Below are positions 11,474 to 22,222 of a stretch of 64,000 nt of DNA, piece after piece; positions within the stretch are counted from its first letter, which is position 1, and each line of letters opens with the position of its first letter. Below the pieces are notes generated by a model that searched no databases, had not been told where the DNA came from, and was given only the letters and a program-made list of their open reading frames with translations. The position numbers and the translations under genes are program-made. The stretch is from sequence record MW272540.1. One strand, 5' to 3'.

Positions 11474-12693
11474 CTAGATTTATTTTGTCAGAACTTCTAT
11501 ACAAATCTTATATTCGGTTTTTTCGAAATCCGGATATTTTGTTTCTTCGACACAGAACACATAAACCACGAACGGATCCGATTCTTTTATCTTTTTAATC
11601 GCAGTCTCTAAATCTCGAACAGTTCGGGCTTTTATTTCGAATGTTCGAATGTCGTCCAATATAGAAATCTTAAATACCGGTGTGGTTTTTTCAACCCGAA
11701 TATCAAGATCTTTTAATTTTTTAATAAACTCATCAGTTATCTCGCGTTTCTCAACACGGGTCGGTTCACTCAAATCCAAACCTTTCATTATATTTTTCCT
11801 TATCTCAACATTCTTTTTAATCAATTACAATATATTTCACATCAATTTCGTCATAGCCAAGAATTCGACAATAACAATCAAGATCTGCAACTATCCATTC
11901 TTGTATTCCACAATCTTGATCTTCGTAATCCCACACATACAAAACACCATCGATATACTTGAAGCTATCGCTATGTAGTTCGTCTTCCAATTCCCACACC
12001 ATAACGAATGCACCATTTTGGGGTATTTCTTTAATGATTTTCATTCTCAATTACCTCAATTACAGAACACGGAATAAACCCATCTTCTACCATACGACCA
12101 AACACCCCCGGATTTTCGATTGACTCTTTCAAACGCTGTTTGAAATACTGATCGGGCATATTCATCAGTTCGTTGAAAGCATCTTCAATAGCCTGATCTT
12201 TAGTTTTCATTGATAATATAATCCTCGATTTTAACTCGTGTGTCAAACCATTGTTTATCAATAGTTACGTTACGAATAGTTGCGGTTCCAAACCCTTTCT
12301 TATCATCAACCCAACACCCATAACTAGAATGTGGACGATTAACAAAAGCAAAAACCATACCACCCGGATTCATAGCCAACCAACCAGATTTGTATTTGGT
12401 TGGGACATCAACAACAACACCGTGAAATTGTACCTTCATCGGTGAGTCTCTTCCAACCTCACTTTGGTGTAGGTCATTACCCAGACTTTGATACAGTTCT
12501 AACAAGCTATCTTGTGCTCGGAGCAAAAGAGATGCATGGGGCTTAACTGCAACATGCACGTCGCTTATGTCTTCTCGATCAACAGAACCGAGAAGACTTT
12601 CCATCATGACCCGGATTGAATGTACCCGGTCCAAAGCAACCAGAATAACATCAGGGGATTGATGTTTCATTTCTTCACTCATTTCATAATTCC

Positions 12694-13548
12694 TCAATCG
12701 TGTTTCTTAGGACGTTGAATCACAGTTTGCTTAACGCCTTTGTATTCTTCGTGGTCCTTTATACTGAAGGACATCACAGCACTGCTACCCTTAACCGGGA
12801 TGGACTTCAGAGAAGAACCCATGTATTTGTAGGTCCGACCCTCAGAATCAATCATGAGTGCGAGATATACATCATAATCACCGTAGAACTGGGCAGGTTT
12901 GATACACATTTCAAACGTGGTGGTCAGCTCAACTTTTTTGACTCGCTCACCAACAGAACCAAAGTATTCATTCTTCTGGTTCTTTTTGAATTCGAAGTCA
13001 GCAATACCATTTTCAATGGCAGTGCGTTGAGCTTGGGACATTGAACAGTAATGGATACAGGACTCGATGATCTCTTCAATCCACTCGTAACCAGTAGCCA
13101 GACCAGCAGTAAACAATTCGATATGAGCTTCACGATAAGAACCGCGTTTCATATCCCATTCGTCCTGTACGGCTTTCTGAGCCATTTCTTTGTCAGTCAG
13201 ACCACCATTACGCGCACGTTCCTCGTCGTTGCGCTTGCGCGTTTCTGCGGCCTTCTGTGCGTTGTTGAAAGCTTTACGCTCGGCTTTCACTTCGTCGATC
13301 AGTTTGGTGTCGTTGGTGTAGTTCACACACTCACAACCAACAACAAATTTTTTACCTTCTGCATCATGGATCATGTAGTTATAAATGATACCAGTACCAC
13401 AAACATGACAGGAACCAGCACCATAACCTTGGGGAAGGGCTGCATAATCTTGCATGGTGGCAGTATCCTTGTTAGGCATCTTGAACATACCAACACAACG
13501 GAACGGAGCCTTACCAACACCCTGAGATTCCCACTTGTTCATTTCCAT
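12694..13548 (-). CDS. Zn-finger plus C-terminal OB-fold nucleic-acid-binding protein
   Basis: CHVCG...GCEC zinc motifs; C-terminal YFGSVGERV...IKDHEEYKGVKQTVIQRPK resembles phage OB-fold proteins. Confidence 0.6.
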   Translation of the reverse strand: MEMNKWESQGVGKAPFRCVGMFKMPNKDTATMQDYAALPQGYGAGSCHVCGTGIIYNYMIHDAEGKKFVVGCECVNYTNDTKLIDEVKAERKAFNNAQKAAETRKRNDEERARNGGLTDKEMAQKAVQDEWDMKRGSYREAHIELFTAGLATGYEWIEEIIESCIHYCSMSQAQRTAIENGIADFEFKKNQKNEYFGSVGERVKKVELTTTFEMCIKPAQFYGDYDVYLALMIDSEGRTYKYMGSSLKSIPVKGSSAVMSFSIKDHEEYKGVKQTVIQRPKKHD

Positions 13549-14300
13549 GATTCAATCCTCAAAAAGTTGTGTCCCAATCGACAAAACAAGAATAACCGAA
13601 AGTGTGTCATTCGGTCAACTAGTTTTTTAATCTTTTTTCAATTTCCTGATACTCATTGAAAAACTGGTCATCTGGGATAGAGTCCAACCAAATTTTTGCA
13701 GCCTCTAGGCTTGCTTTGTGAACATCTGACAATGCAGATTCACATTTTTCCTGACTATCAGTCTTTGTTTTCATTTTCATCGACCAAGCTACTAGGATCC
13801 AGTGATTTTGACATGTAAAAGTATCGGTTTGCTGCCAAATCTCGGGAATCCCCGATTGGTTGCTTCCCTTCTTTGATTTCACGTTTCATACGTTCAAAAT
13901 GTGAACTTGTCAGGTTATCAAAGAACCGCCAGAAGTATTTCAGACCGTCAACGATGATCCATTGCATTGGACCGACTTTTAATCCCTGCTCGTCATGCTC
14001 GGGTTTCACATATAATTCCATCTTAATTCCCTTTATGTAAGGATTGATTTAACATTTCAATCGGTTGGTATGTGTTTTCTGGGTCTTCCCCTTCAAGATC
14101 AACTGTACAAACAACAGCTGATTTGTTATCAACCCCTCGATATCTCCATGGGTTATGTTTGTAAACATAAACATACCCATTACTATCAGTCTTCATCCAC
14201 CCATATTGATATTCAGACGGGATCTCAATCCACATCCCGTAATACCTAACAAAGAAAGTTGTTTTGACGTTATGTTGATGAATTAGTTTCATTCTATTAC

Positions 14301-14948
14301 CTATTGAAGATCGAAACCCATCTTGCGAGCTTCCCGATATAGGGACTGAAGATTTTGTTCATGTTCACGAGCATTATAAGCCAACCTTTGCAAATTGGTT
14401 TCATACCCGCGTCGTATAGTATCGTACTCATTAACCAGTTGAGACCGGTTATCGTTGACTGTCTTCAAGACTTCACGAACTTTTTGAATTTGGTCTACAA
14501 TCGATTGATATTTTTCTCCACCATCCAATTTAAATGTCTGCCCCTCTTGTGGTTTCTTACATTTAATGACCATGGTTAGGGGATACTGTTTATTCCCGCC
14601 ACTGTAAGACGCGGTTGAGACCTTGAAGATTTTACTCAAGATTTCGAAAACACCTTTTGCAGAAGCCGCATCTCGAAAAAACATTCGCACACCGTAGTTT
14701 TCACATTTGATATCGATGTTAGCGAACCGGGACCAAACCATAAAAGTTTTCCAAGATTTTGGGTCATCTGTGTTAATGAATGGAAAAAGGAGAGAAGCAA
14801 CGGATCTCCCACCAACACAATACTTTGGTTGACGGACATTGGACAAAAACGCAAATAGGTCATTATTGTTTTTTACATGGGTATGAATTTGGTTAAACCG
14901 GTTGGTGATTGCAACAGATTTGTCGGTTTTAGTAGTTTTCTTAAACAT
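14301..14948 (-). CDS. Possible Srd-like (sigma-targeting) protein with C-terminal coiled coil
   Basis: FMVWSRFANIDIKCENYGVRMFF segment and coiled-coil tail recall T4-type Srd; match is from memory only. Confidence 0.35.
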   Translation of the reverse strand: MFKKTTKTDKSVAITNRFNQIHTHVKNNNDLFAFLSNVRQPKYCVGGRSVASLLFPFINTDDPKSWKTFMVWSRFANIDIKCENYGVRMFFRDAASAKGVFEILSKIFKVSTASYSGGNKQYPLTMVIKCKKPQEGQTFKLDGGEKYQSIVDQIQKVREVLKTVNDNRSQLVNEYDTIRRGYETNLQRLAYNAREHEQNLQSLYREARKMGFDLQ

Positions 14949-15906
14949 GATGATTTTCCTTAAAGTTTTTTGATTTTTTCAAATACAGAAGAAGATTTTT
15001 CTTTCAATTTTTTAATATCTTCATTGAGGTTACAGTATATACCAAAACTAACCATATTCAAAGGGGTGTTTTCGAAATGAACTGTGTCCTTGTGAACATG
15101 ACCTTCTTTCCCGTCTAAGGTAAATTTGATCCAATCAAAATCATACATCAAGTTTTTACATGGTGTCAATACCACATCGTCAACAATGATAGTATAAGTT
15201 TTTTCTGGGATTTCTTCTGGACCATCAACTGCATTAGGTTCGTAGATAGAGAACAGATTGAAAGGACATTCTTCTTGAATAAAAACCCCAACATGGAATT
15301 TGTGAAGTTCCATTTCGAGTTCATACGCCCGATACCGTTCACTACCATCATAACCAAGAATTGACAGGGCTTGATTGTAACTGATGAGCTGTAGGGGGAC
15401 TGTTACCTGCTTCCGGATCCCGTTATAACCTTCAATATCCCAGACAACCGTGTTTTTTGTAAAGGCGTATTCGTATACACATGCAAGCCCGGTTGGATCT
15501 ACTTGGTCACACAATTCCTGATATTTCATTTTTGTTCCTTACTAATGTCATTTACGTGGTCTTGAAGCATCTTACCATGAACTGTTTGTGCACCCCAAGC
15601 CCCAATCACGTTATAATTCCAAAATTTTCGGTTTGAGTTTACATACCACAATTCTTTTTGCCATTCGTGAGTTTTTAATGGCACCTTATCAGAAAAACAC
15701 CGTTGGAGAGGAATACTATTTCTCTCGAAATCCATAGCGGCCTTCTCGATTAGTAGTAAGAGGTTATCTTTTTTAGTGTGCTTATTGACAGGTACAGACA
15801 GTGATACGGTTTGGAGAAGAACAGGACAACCCAAGCTATCTATATAAGAGAACTCAGTTGTAATCCGGATAACATCATTACCACCAGTGAAAAAATCTTT
15901 AAACAT

Positions 15907-16149
15907 AACAGTTCCTTGATTAATTAATACGAACGAAGTGAGTCGCCGGAGGCGGTTCGCTACGCTCACACCTTCTAATTATAGATCTTCTATATAAATA
16001 CTTATAGAGATTTTATAGTTTGATTGCAAGTGAAACTAGATAACTCCTAGGAAGCTCTATAATCAATTTTATCATTTTTGTATACAAACATACTCAGGTA
16101 AGACAGAAATTGATTGTAGAGCTTCCTAGGAGCCTTGGTTTTGATATTT
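15907..16149. other. Non-coding element with TATAAATA and a 26-bp inverted repeat (candidate origin or late antisense RNA)
   Basis: TATAAATA at 15993-16000 (+); arms at 16044-16069 and 16107-16132; palindrome TTTGTATACAAA at 16077-16088. Confidence 0.6.
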
Positions 16150-16378
16150 TCAAGAAACTATCTTCCTACATTCTTTTATGAATGATTCTAGGGAATTTTC
16201 TTCTTGACCCTTTTTCAATTCTTGTGTTTTTACTGGTACATATGGGGGGTGTAAAATTGACATACAACTGGGGTCTAGGTGTTCCCTTACGTCAATTTTG
16301 GTTGAAAACATAGTACCATCTCCCCCGTCATCTTCAATATAATATTCAACCTGCATTGTCTTTGCATCGTAATGTTTT

Positions 16379-16858
16379 TTAATGATTTTCATACAATTTC
16401 CCAACTTTCATGATATCTCGACACTTTCTAACGAAATTTTCATATTGGATGTTATGGAGGTTTGATATTTTATTATAAAGTTCTGGGATCCGAGATGACG
16501 CATGGTTGTAAATCTTAACCCCAAAAACTGCCCCCTTGTAAGAAAAATGCATAACACACAAATTGTCGCCTGATGGTTCTGACATTTTTCTGATATCATT
16601 TTTTCTATTCAAACGGGCTGTGTTGTACTCGTATCGATAACACTCAAGATATTTTATATCTGACGATGAGTCAACAAATTTCAAAAAATTTTTATCTGCG
16701 TTCTGGTTCTCTAAAAACAGTAATGGTGGTAGAGACCTATTATCTTCTGCGTTCCACCAACTATGATCTGATACATCCTTCCCTAAACCGTAATGCTCCA
16801 GTTCTTCAGCTAGACCGGAATACCCACTTCGAATTCTGATACAATCAATGTTTTTCAT
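16379..16858 (-). CDS. Hypothetical protein, tandem paralogue A
   Basis: MKNID...EEL...GLG...PPLL...FVRKCR is shared with the next ORF; start at the ATG at 16858. Confidence 0.7.
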   Translation of the reverse strand: MKNIDCIRIRSGYSGLAEELEHYGLGKDVSDHSWWNAEDNRSLPPLLFLENQNADKNFLKFVDSSSDIKYLECYRYEYNTARLNRKNDIRKMSEPSGDNLCVMHFSYKGAVFGVKIYNHASSRIPELYNKISNLHNIQYENFVRKCRDIMKVGKLYENH

Positions 16859-17325
16859 TTCACCATGCCCCGACATTTTTTAATAAACCGATCCACTACG
16901 TTTTTCTTATTTGTTTCAATCTGTTTACAAATTTCGACTGGATCAATAGCATAAGTATCAAATCTAACTGCAAATTTCTCTTTTTTGTATTGATAAACGT
17001 GTACCGCATTACTGCTCGATGATGGTTTTTTCATCCGTTCAATGTCACTAAGGGAATCGTTCATATTGAAGCTACCCCATCGAAATTTTAGACATTCAAC
17101 AAATTCGATTTCGTTTTCTTCTGCAAATTCAATAAATTTATCACGGTCATTATAAAAAGAGACATACAGGACTGGCGGAATTGTGTGGTGTGCAATATAT
17201 CCCGATTTATTTCTTTCCCATATATTAGAAGGACTGGCATGATTTCCAAGGCCAAATGTGCGAAAACATGAGATTAGTTCTTCTGACAATTTCCCGGTTT
17301 CTTCAAGATAATCAATGTTTTTCAT
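16855..17325 (-). CDS. Hypothetical protein, tandem paralogue B
   Basis: MKNID...EEL...GLG...PPVL...FIKKCR. Confidence 0.7.
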   Translation of the reverse strand: MKNIDYLEETGKLSEELISCFRTFGLGNHASPSNIWERNKSGYIAHHTIPPVLYVSFYNDRDKFIEFAEENEIEFVECLKFRWGSFNMNDSLSDIERMKKPSSSSNAVHVYQYKKEKFAVRFDTYAIDPVEICKQIETNKKNVVDRFIKKCRGMVK

Positions 17326-17346
17326 GGATGGTCTCCTAAAAGTAAA

Positions 17347-17368
17347 GGGGGTTACCTAAGTAACCCCC
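17347..17368 (-). terminator. Rho-independent terminator
   Basis: GGGGGTTAC-TTAG-GTAACCCCC followed by TTTACTTT. Confidence 0.8.
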
Positions 17369-17382
17369 TCATTTTATCTCTC

Positions 17383-17973
17383 TTATTTCAGGGAGTCAAT
17401 GTAATTTTGGACTTCTGCGCTAGTCACTTCAGTTTGCTTGTCACCTTGGAAGGTTTCAATCCGCATCAGAGTTTCGTCGATGTCGATCTTGGTCAGGGCA
17501 GACAGTTCAACTACATCATCAGCACAAGTGATACCAAGGGCATTCGCGGCTTTAGTTTCACGGATGTATTCCAGTTTAACCGCAAGGTCCATTCGCTGAT
17601 TGTCCATTTCAACAACTGCACCAGCGATTTCAGTCCGCATACCAACAAGGTCATCTGCTTTCTTAATGAGTGCTTCAGCAGTACGACGGAAAAGAATAGC
17701 CAGTTTTGCGTGGGTAGTAACCGGGAGACCTTGTTGGGACAGATAACGAATTTCCTTATCCTTGGCTTCTGCTTGTTTCTGCTTCTCAGATGCCAGTTCC
17801 CGCATACGCCGTTCTTCACGTTCGGATTTAACAAAGACAGTACGAAGGCGAGTGATTTCATTAATCAGTCGGTCAGCTGCACTTGCGTACTGGTCTTCTA
17901 CGCTGGTGTTCTTGGTTACAAAGCTGTTGATCTTGGTGGTGATGAATTTCCACAGGGATTTCAGTGCTTTCAT
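17383..17973 (-). CDS. PspA/IM30 (ESCRT-III-like) coiled-coil protein
   Basis: Amphipathic N-terminal helix LKSLWKFITTKINSFVTKNTSVEDQY parallels PspA [25 protein letters not shown]; long heptad helices; 196 aa. Confidence 0.62.
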   Translation of the reverse strand: MKALKSLWKFITTKINSFVTKNTSVEDQYASAADRLINEITRLRTVFVKSEREERRMRELASEKQKQAEAKDKEIRYLSQQGLPVTTHAKLAILFRRTAEALIKKADDLVGMRTEIAGAVVEMDNQRMDLAVKLEYIRETKAANALGITCADDVVELSALTKIDIDETLMRIETFQGDKQTEVTSAEVQNYIDSLK

Positions 17974-18026
17974 TTTTAATTTCCTTTAGTTTTTAGATTT
18001 AAGTAAAGTATACAGATTATTTAGAT

Positions 18027-18281
18027 TTAGTCAAACCGAATTGTGGAGTTTTTGAAGAACAGACCAGAACATACCGCCCCTTCTACTCGCATACCACTCG
18101 CGATATTGGTTGCTTGAAACCCCGTACTAAAAAAGTCTTTTTCATCACAGGACAAGAAAGAATATCCAGTGATATGAATATCAGTATAACCATTTTTAGA
18201 CAGAGTATTTCGGGCACCATCAGCATCGGTACAACCAGATAATACCACAACCATCAACAGACTTGCAATAACTTTTTTCAT
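18027..18281 (-). CDS. Phage lipoprotein
   Basis: MKK + hydrophobic stretch + lipobox LSGC; two further Cys. Confidence 0.8.
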   Translation of the reverse strand: MKKVIASLLMVVVLSGCTDADGARNTLSKNGYTDIHITGYSFLSCDEKDFFSTGFQATNIASGMRVEGAVCSGLFFKNSTIRFD

Positions 18282-18665
18282 TTGTATTCTCCGTTTCGTT
18301 GTTTACGGGAGACATCTTATCATCTGTACTCCCAGTGTCAACAATTTTTTAAGATTTTTTCAGTCGGTCTTGGATGACCTCATCGAGACAAGCACCGCCG
18401 TTGTACCATAAGGCGCTAAACTCTATGGTCCCATCATCATTATGTGTGATTGAGACATCCCCATATGGGTCAAGATCTACCATATCCAAAACTTGATAAA
18501 CTTTACCATGTAGGATCATGAACTTTTCGTCGTTTTCCCAGTCCATTTCGTAGAACTGTTCAACGTATGAATATCCTTCATCTGGAACGATACCCCGACC
18601 ACGTAGAAACGTTTCCGCAGAAACCCCCAAGGGAAGGATTTTACCCTTTTTAAACTCCATCTCGC

Positions 18666-19139
18666 TCATTTGTTTGTCCTGATAAAATAGTTGTACATAC
18701 TATGTGATTGATCATTAGTGACTTCTTCTTTAAACCAATAAGGAACATTATCAAAAGCTAATGCTTGTTCCACGGTTTGAAATTCAATTTCCGCATATAC
18801 GAATGGGAAATCTTCCATCAAATCCAATTCGATAGTTACATCTCCATATGGAATTTTATACCTAGTTTTTCTAACTGGTTTGCTATTTTTGGAATTGATA
18901 ATTCCCCAGAAGACATCACCGTCGATCTCGTCTTCTATTTCTTCACGGTCAAGTCCGGTTCCTGTTTTGATCGTCTTGATATAGGAATTCCACCCATGGA
19001 ATGTTTCCACGTGGCGATATCTAACACCATCAATATACCATTGTTTTTGATATTCTAGGTCTTCTTCGAATTCATCAATCATTTTCCAAGGGATGAAAGG
19101 TCGGTCAACAACCCACTTACGTTCTATTTCACGCGCCAT
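18666..19139 (-). CDS. CYTH (triphosphate tunnel metalloenzyme) domain protein
   Basis: N-terminal EIERKW, RYR, REEIE, KTRY, ELD, YAEIEF, and WFKEEVTND tail. Confidence 0.88.
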   Translation of the reverse strand: MAREIERKWVVDRPFIPWKMIDEFEEDLEYQKQWYIDGVRYRHVETFHGWNSYIKTIKTGTGLDREEIEDEIDGDVFWGIINSKNSKPVRKTRYKIPYGDVTIELDLMEDFPFVYAEIEFQTVEQALAFDNVPYWFKEEVTNDQSHSMYNYFIRTNK

Positions 19140-19413
19140 TATTCACACCGTAATGTTTTTTAAATTCATCTTCTGATAAAATCATAGTGTCATCCCACCC
19201 ATTATCGTTTACATATCTCAGGATATAATCCCCTTCTGTTACTGGGAGTTTTCCGATCATACAACGACCTTTGGCGAGTGGACTACGGTCTTTTTCAAAA
19301 CCGTGTGCTAGACCATAGAAATAATTTTTTATTTGTTCGATCCCTTCTGAACTATAAATGAATTGAATAGCATAGGGATTTTCTGGATATTTCTTAAGAC
19401 TGTACTTTTTCAT
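19129..19413 (-). CDS. Divergent KKP..A.Q...GDYI family protein
   Basis: KKYPENPYAIQF...VTEGDYILR...EDEFKKHY parallels 20160-20450. Confidence 0.5.
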   Translation of the reverse strand: MKKYSLKKYPENPYAIQFIYSSEGIEQIKNYFYGLAHGFEKDRSPLAKGRCMIGKLPVTEGDYILRYVNDNGWDDTMILSEDEFKKHYGVNNGA

Positions 19414-19890
19414 GTACCTTTACCTTCAAATTTTGCATGTGTATTTCTTCGTATTCCCAATGAATAGTATCCTTCTCAATATTACGATCATACCAACCAC
19501 AATATACATGGACGTGTTCTTTGAGAGTATTGATAAGGTCATTATTATCTAATTCCCCATCGGTTGGAATAGATACGATTGTTGTGTTTTCTCCATCCCA
19601 ACACGGATACTCACACCAAAGCATGAAATAATTTTGTTCTTTCTTTCCTTTTTTGTAGTATCCGATTGTATTCTGAATAAATTGTAAAGGATACGACAAA
19701 AGAATAAAGGGCCAAAATAAACTCAGAAATCCGATGAACTTCCAAGAACCGGGAGCGTTGATAGGAAATTTATGATCTAACTCATCAAATTTTTTATAAC
19801 GATACCATTCGTATGAATATACACATACCCAGAATAAAATCGATATACCAATATACCCGGCGAGTGCATATAAAATATAAAGGAGATAAG

Positions 19891-20163
19891 TCATTTTTCT
19901 ATCACCGAATAGAGGACCGGGGTCGTATATTCCACGAATTCGTATCCGTGCATAATGAAATATGAAGTATCCTCAAAAGGAGTATACCCATTTATTTGAA
20001 CTACATCACTACCAAGAAATCCAAATTCAAATTCATCATCTGGTGTGAACTGTACAAATATGTCATGAACGACCCTTGCCTCTTGATACCCTTCTTTAAT
20101 TTCATCACAGATAAGTTCCATGAACTTATCGTAATGTTCATCACTTTTAAATTTATATTTCAT
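19891..20163 (-). CDS. Small KFKS-family protein, paralogue 7
   Basis: MKYKFKSDEHYDKF N-terminus. Confidence 0.6.
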   Translation of the reverse strand: MKYKFKSDEHYDKFMELICDEIKEGYQEARVVHDIFVQFTPDDEFEFGFLGSDVVQINGYTPFEDTSYFIMHGYEFVEYTTPVLYSVIEK

Positions 20164-20450
20164 TTTTCCACCAATTCGTAGGTTTCCATAAAGATATCTG
20201 GTTTACAAGGATAGTGTTCGTCATGAACACCCCGAATGATCCAGTCACCGACCGATGCGGTTACGTTCCCCTCTAGGGTGAAAATTTTAAATTTGTTTTG
20301 GTCTTTTTTAACGTAATTTTGATATTCATCAAAAGAACTAAACCATTCATCAAACCTTGGATGTTTACCAGTGAACTCCAAAACTTCTGACAAGTTTTCA
20401 CCTGTCCATTTAATGGCTTCTATGATAACCGGTTTTTTTCTAAAAAGCAT
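20160..20450 (-). CDS. Conserved phage protein (KKPVIIEA...TLEG...GDWII...YPCKPDIF..TYE family)
   Basis: Full motif set of this widespread phage family is present. Confidence 0.8.
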   Translation of the reverse strand: MLFRKKPVIIEAIKWTGENLSEVLEFTGKHPRFDEWFSSFDEYQNYVKKDQNKFKIFTLEGNVTASVGDWIIRGVHDEHYPCKPDIFMETYELVEK

Positions 20451-21839
20451 ATTAGTTTTCCTTAATAAAAGACACTACAGAATCATAACCAAGCAAAGCA
20501 TTAATATAAACTTCACCTCGTTCCGAACCATGAAAGATCATAGATAATACTGTTTCAGTATCGATTTTGAAATGGTATTCAACACGTGGGATCCCGGTTT
20601 CGATGTTTTTTACGGAAACATCAATATCACCTAAGTGCTCTTTCCGGAGAAGTTTTAAAGATTGTGCGATAGTCGATTTATGGACTTCTCCCATGTTACC
20701 AACTGCTTTATAAAACGCATCCTCTTGAACCAACCGGATACCTTTTTTGGCTTTGAGGATAATCTTTTCAACCCCTTGGGTTCTATCATAACTCATACGA
20801 TGATTCATTTAGTAGTCTCGCTTTTTGAAAGTTAACTTTACTTTCCAATTAACATGGTCAAATAATGAGAAATTCCAACATAGGAGTTCGTAACCAATCT
20901 CGTTTGCGCAAATTTCTGCATCGTTGAGAACATCTTGAATGATATATTCCCACATTTTCCCATCATACTTTTTAAACCCTACGTTTGGGAATAAAGTTTG
21001 TAGATTAGTAGCATCAACTACAACAATTTTATCTTTCCAGAGCGTCATAATCAATCCCACCCCAGTTTTTGGATACGAACCAGATCACCAACCTCAACCG
21101 CATTTTCCAACATAAAGCGATGAGTAATGCAGAAACCCTCTTCGCCGAATTGTTGAACTGCAACCAACACCCGATCCGGGTATACATAGTTTCGAGTCAC
21201 TGCACCGGTTGGACCGGCACTTTCCAAAATACACATGATGTCGTCACGATAAACAACACTAGAACCACGACCAATAAGACGCTGGATGAAATCGTAATCA
21301 GTCATAAATATTCTCCTTATACACACAAAATCGCGTGAAGCATATTAACATAAACCGGATAATAATCTTGCTTGTGACATTCCTTTACTACCTGTGCATG
21401 ATCATACCCGTTCATCATCCAACTGTCAACAGTTGCTTTATCAATCGGTCGATGTGGGTTCCCAGAAAGACGGACAATGATCGTGTGTGGTGATTTGTAA
21501 ATGACCCATTCATTACACCCAGCCATAGCCTTTCCATTTTTGATGATCGCTTTTCTGATATCGTCTTGAATATAGTCCAACATTTTAAACCCTCTTATTT
21601 CTCTAGGTATACTTCAATCGCAGCAACGACTTGAGTGATCTTGTCACACTCACTAGTAAGTGTGTTGATTTCCTGTTCATAATGACTTCGGACGTCATCC
21701 GGAATCACTATAGATAACGAGTTGATGACCTCTGAAATCGACTCGATCCGGACCTTTTTTTCGAAGTAAAGGTCACTCATTACGTCTTTGATGAACTGAT
21801 ATTCCATGGTTTTCTCCTTTTGTTTAGTTTACGAGATAC

Positions 21840-21888
21840 ATTTTACACATAAAAATAAAAGGGTCAAGTGATTTCTCACAAGACCCTT
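21840..21888 (-). terminator. Terminator hairpin fused to an early promoter
   Basis: AAGGGTC...GACCCTT stem; TTGACC-16 nt-TAAAAT begins in the 3' arm. Confidence 0.65.
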
Positions 21889-21892
21889 AAAA

Positions 21893-22222
21893 TTATTTCT
21901 TCAACATCCCCACTAGCTTATGCCGAGCAAGGTTCATACTTTGTTGTGTGTCTGATTGAGCACGTTTCCAAGTCACTTTGCCAAAGTCCTCTATTGGACT
22001 GATGTTAACTTTGGAATCCACATTTTCCTTAACCCAACGCTTCCATTCTGCTTGTTGTAGTTCGTAATATCGCTTTGCTTCTCGCATCCCGGCAGTGTTC
22101 ATTTTAGCCTGAACAGAGTCTAACATAGTGATATATTGTTGAACTATCCGGTTATAGTCTTTCGCGGTTTTCTTCTCAAAAGCCTCGTCAATGCGCTCAA
22201 AGAATTTTTCGTTAGAAATCAT
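21893..22222 (-). CDS. Putative internal head protein
   Basis: MISNEKFFERIDE/A resembles a capsid-targeting sequence with an (I/L)-X-E cleavage site; GAGGA RBS. Confidence 0.5.
   Translation of the reverse strand: MISNEKFFERIDEAFEKKTAKDYNRIVQQYITMLDSVQAKMNTAGMREAKRYYELQQAEWKRWVKENVDSKVNISPIEDFGKVTWKRAQSDTQQSMNLARHKLVGMLKK

Noticed and set aside
11406-11504. N-terminal extension of the homing endonuclease in the ORF track
   Set aside because: It runs through a promoter/terminator cassette. The GGAG-GTG start at 11405 matches the N-terminus of the paralogue.
16044-16132. MITE or IS remnant
   Set aside because: There is no target-site duplication, no second copy in the window and no transposase. 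It is kept as an unexplained element instead.
13051-17979. Long plus-strand ORFs at 13051-13659 and 17407-17979 (also 6358-7041, 57938-58486 and others)
   Set aside because: These are shadow ORFs antisense to well-supported minus-strand genes, with low-complexity F/L/I/V-rich translations.
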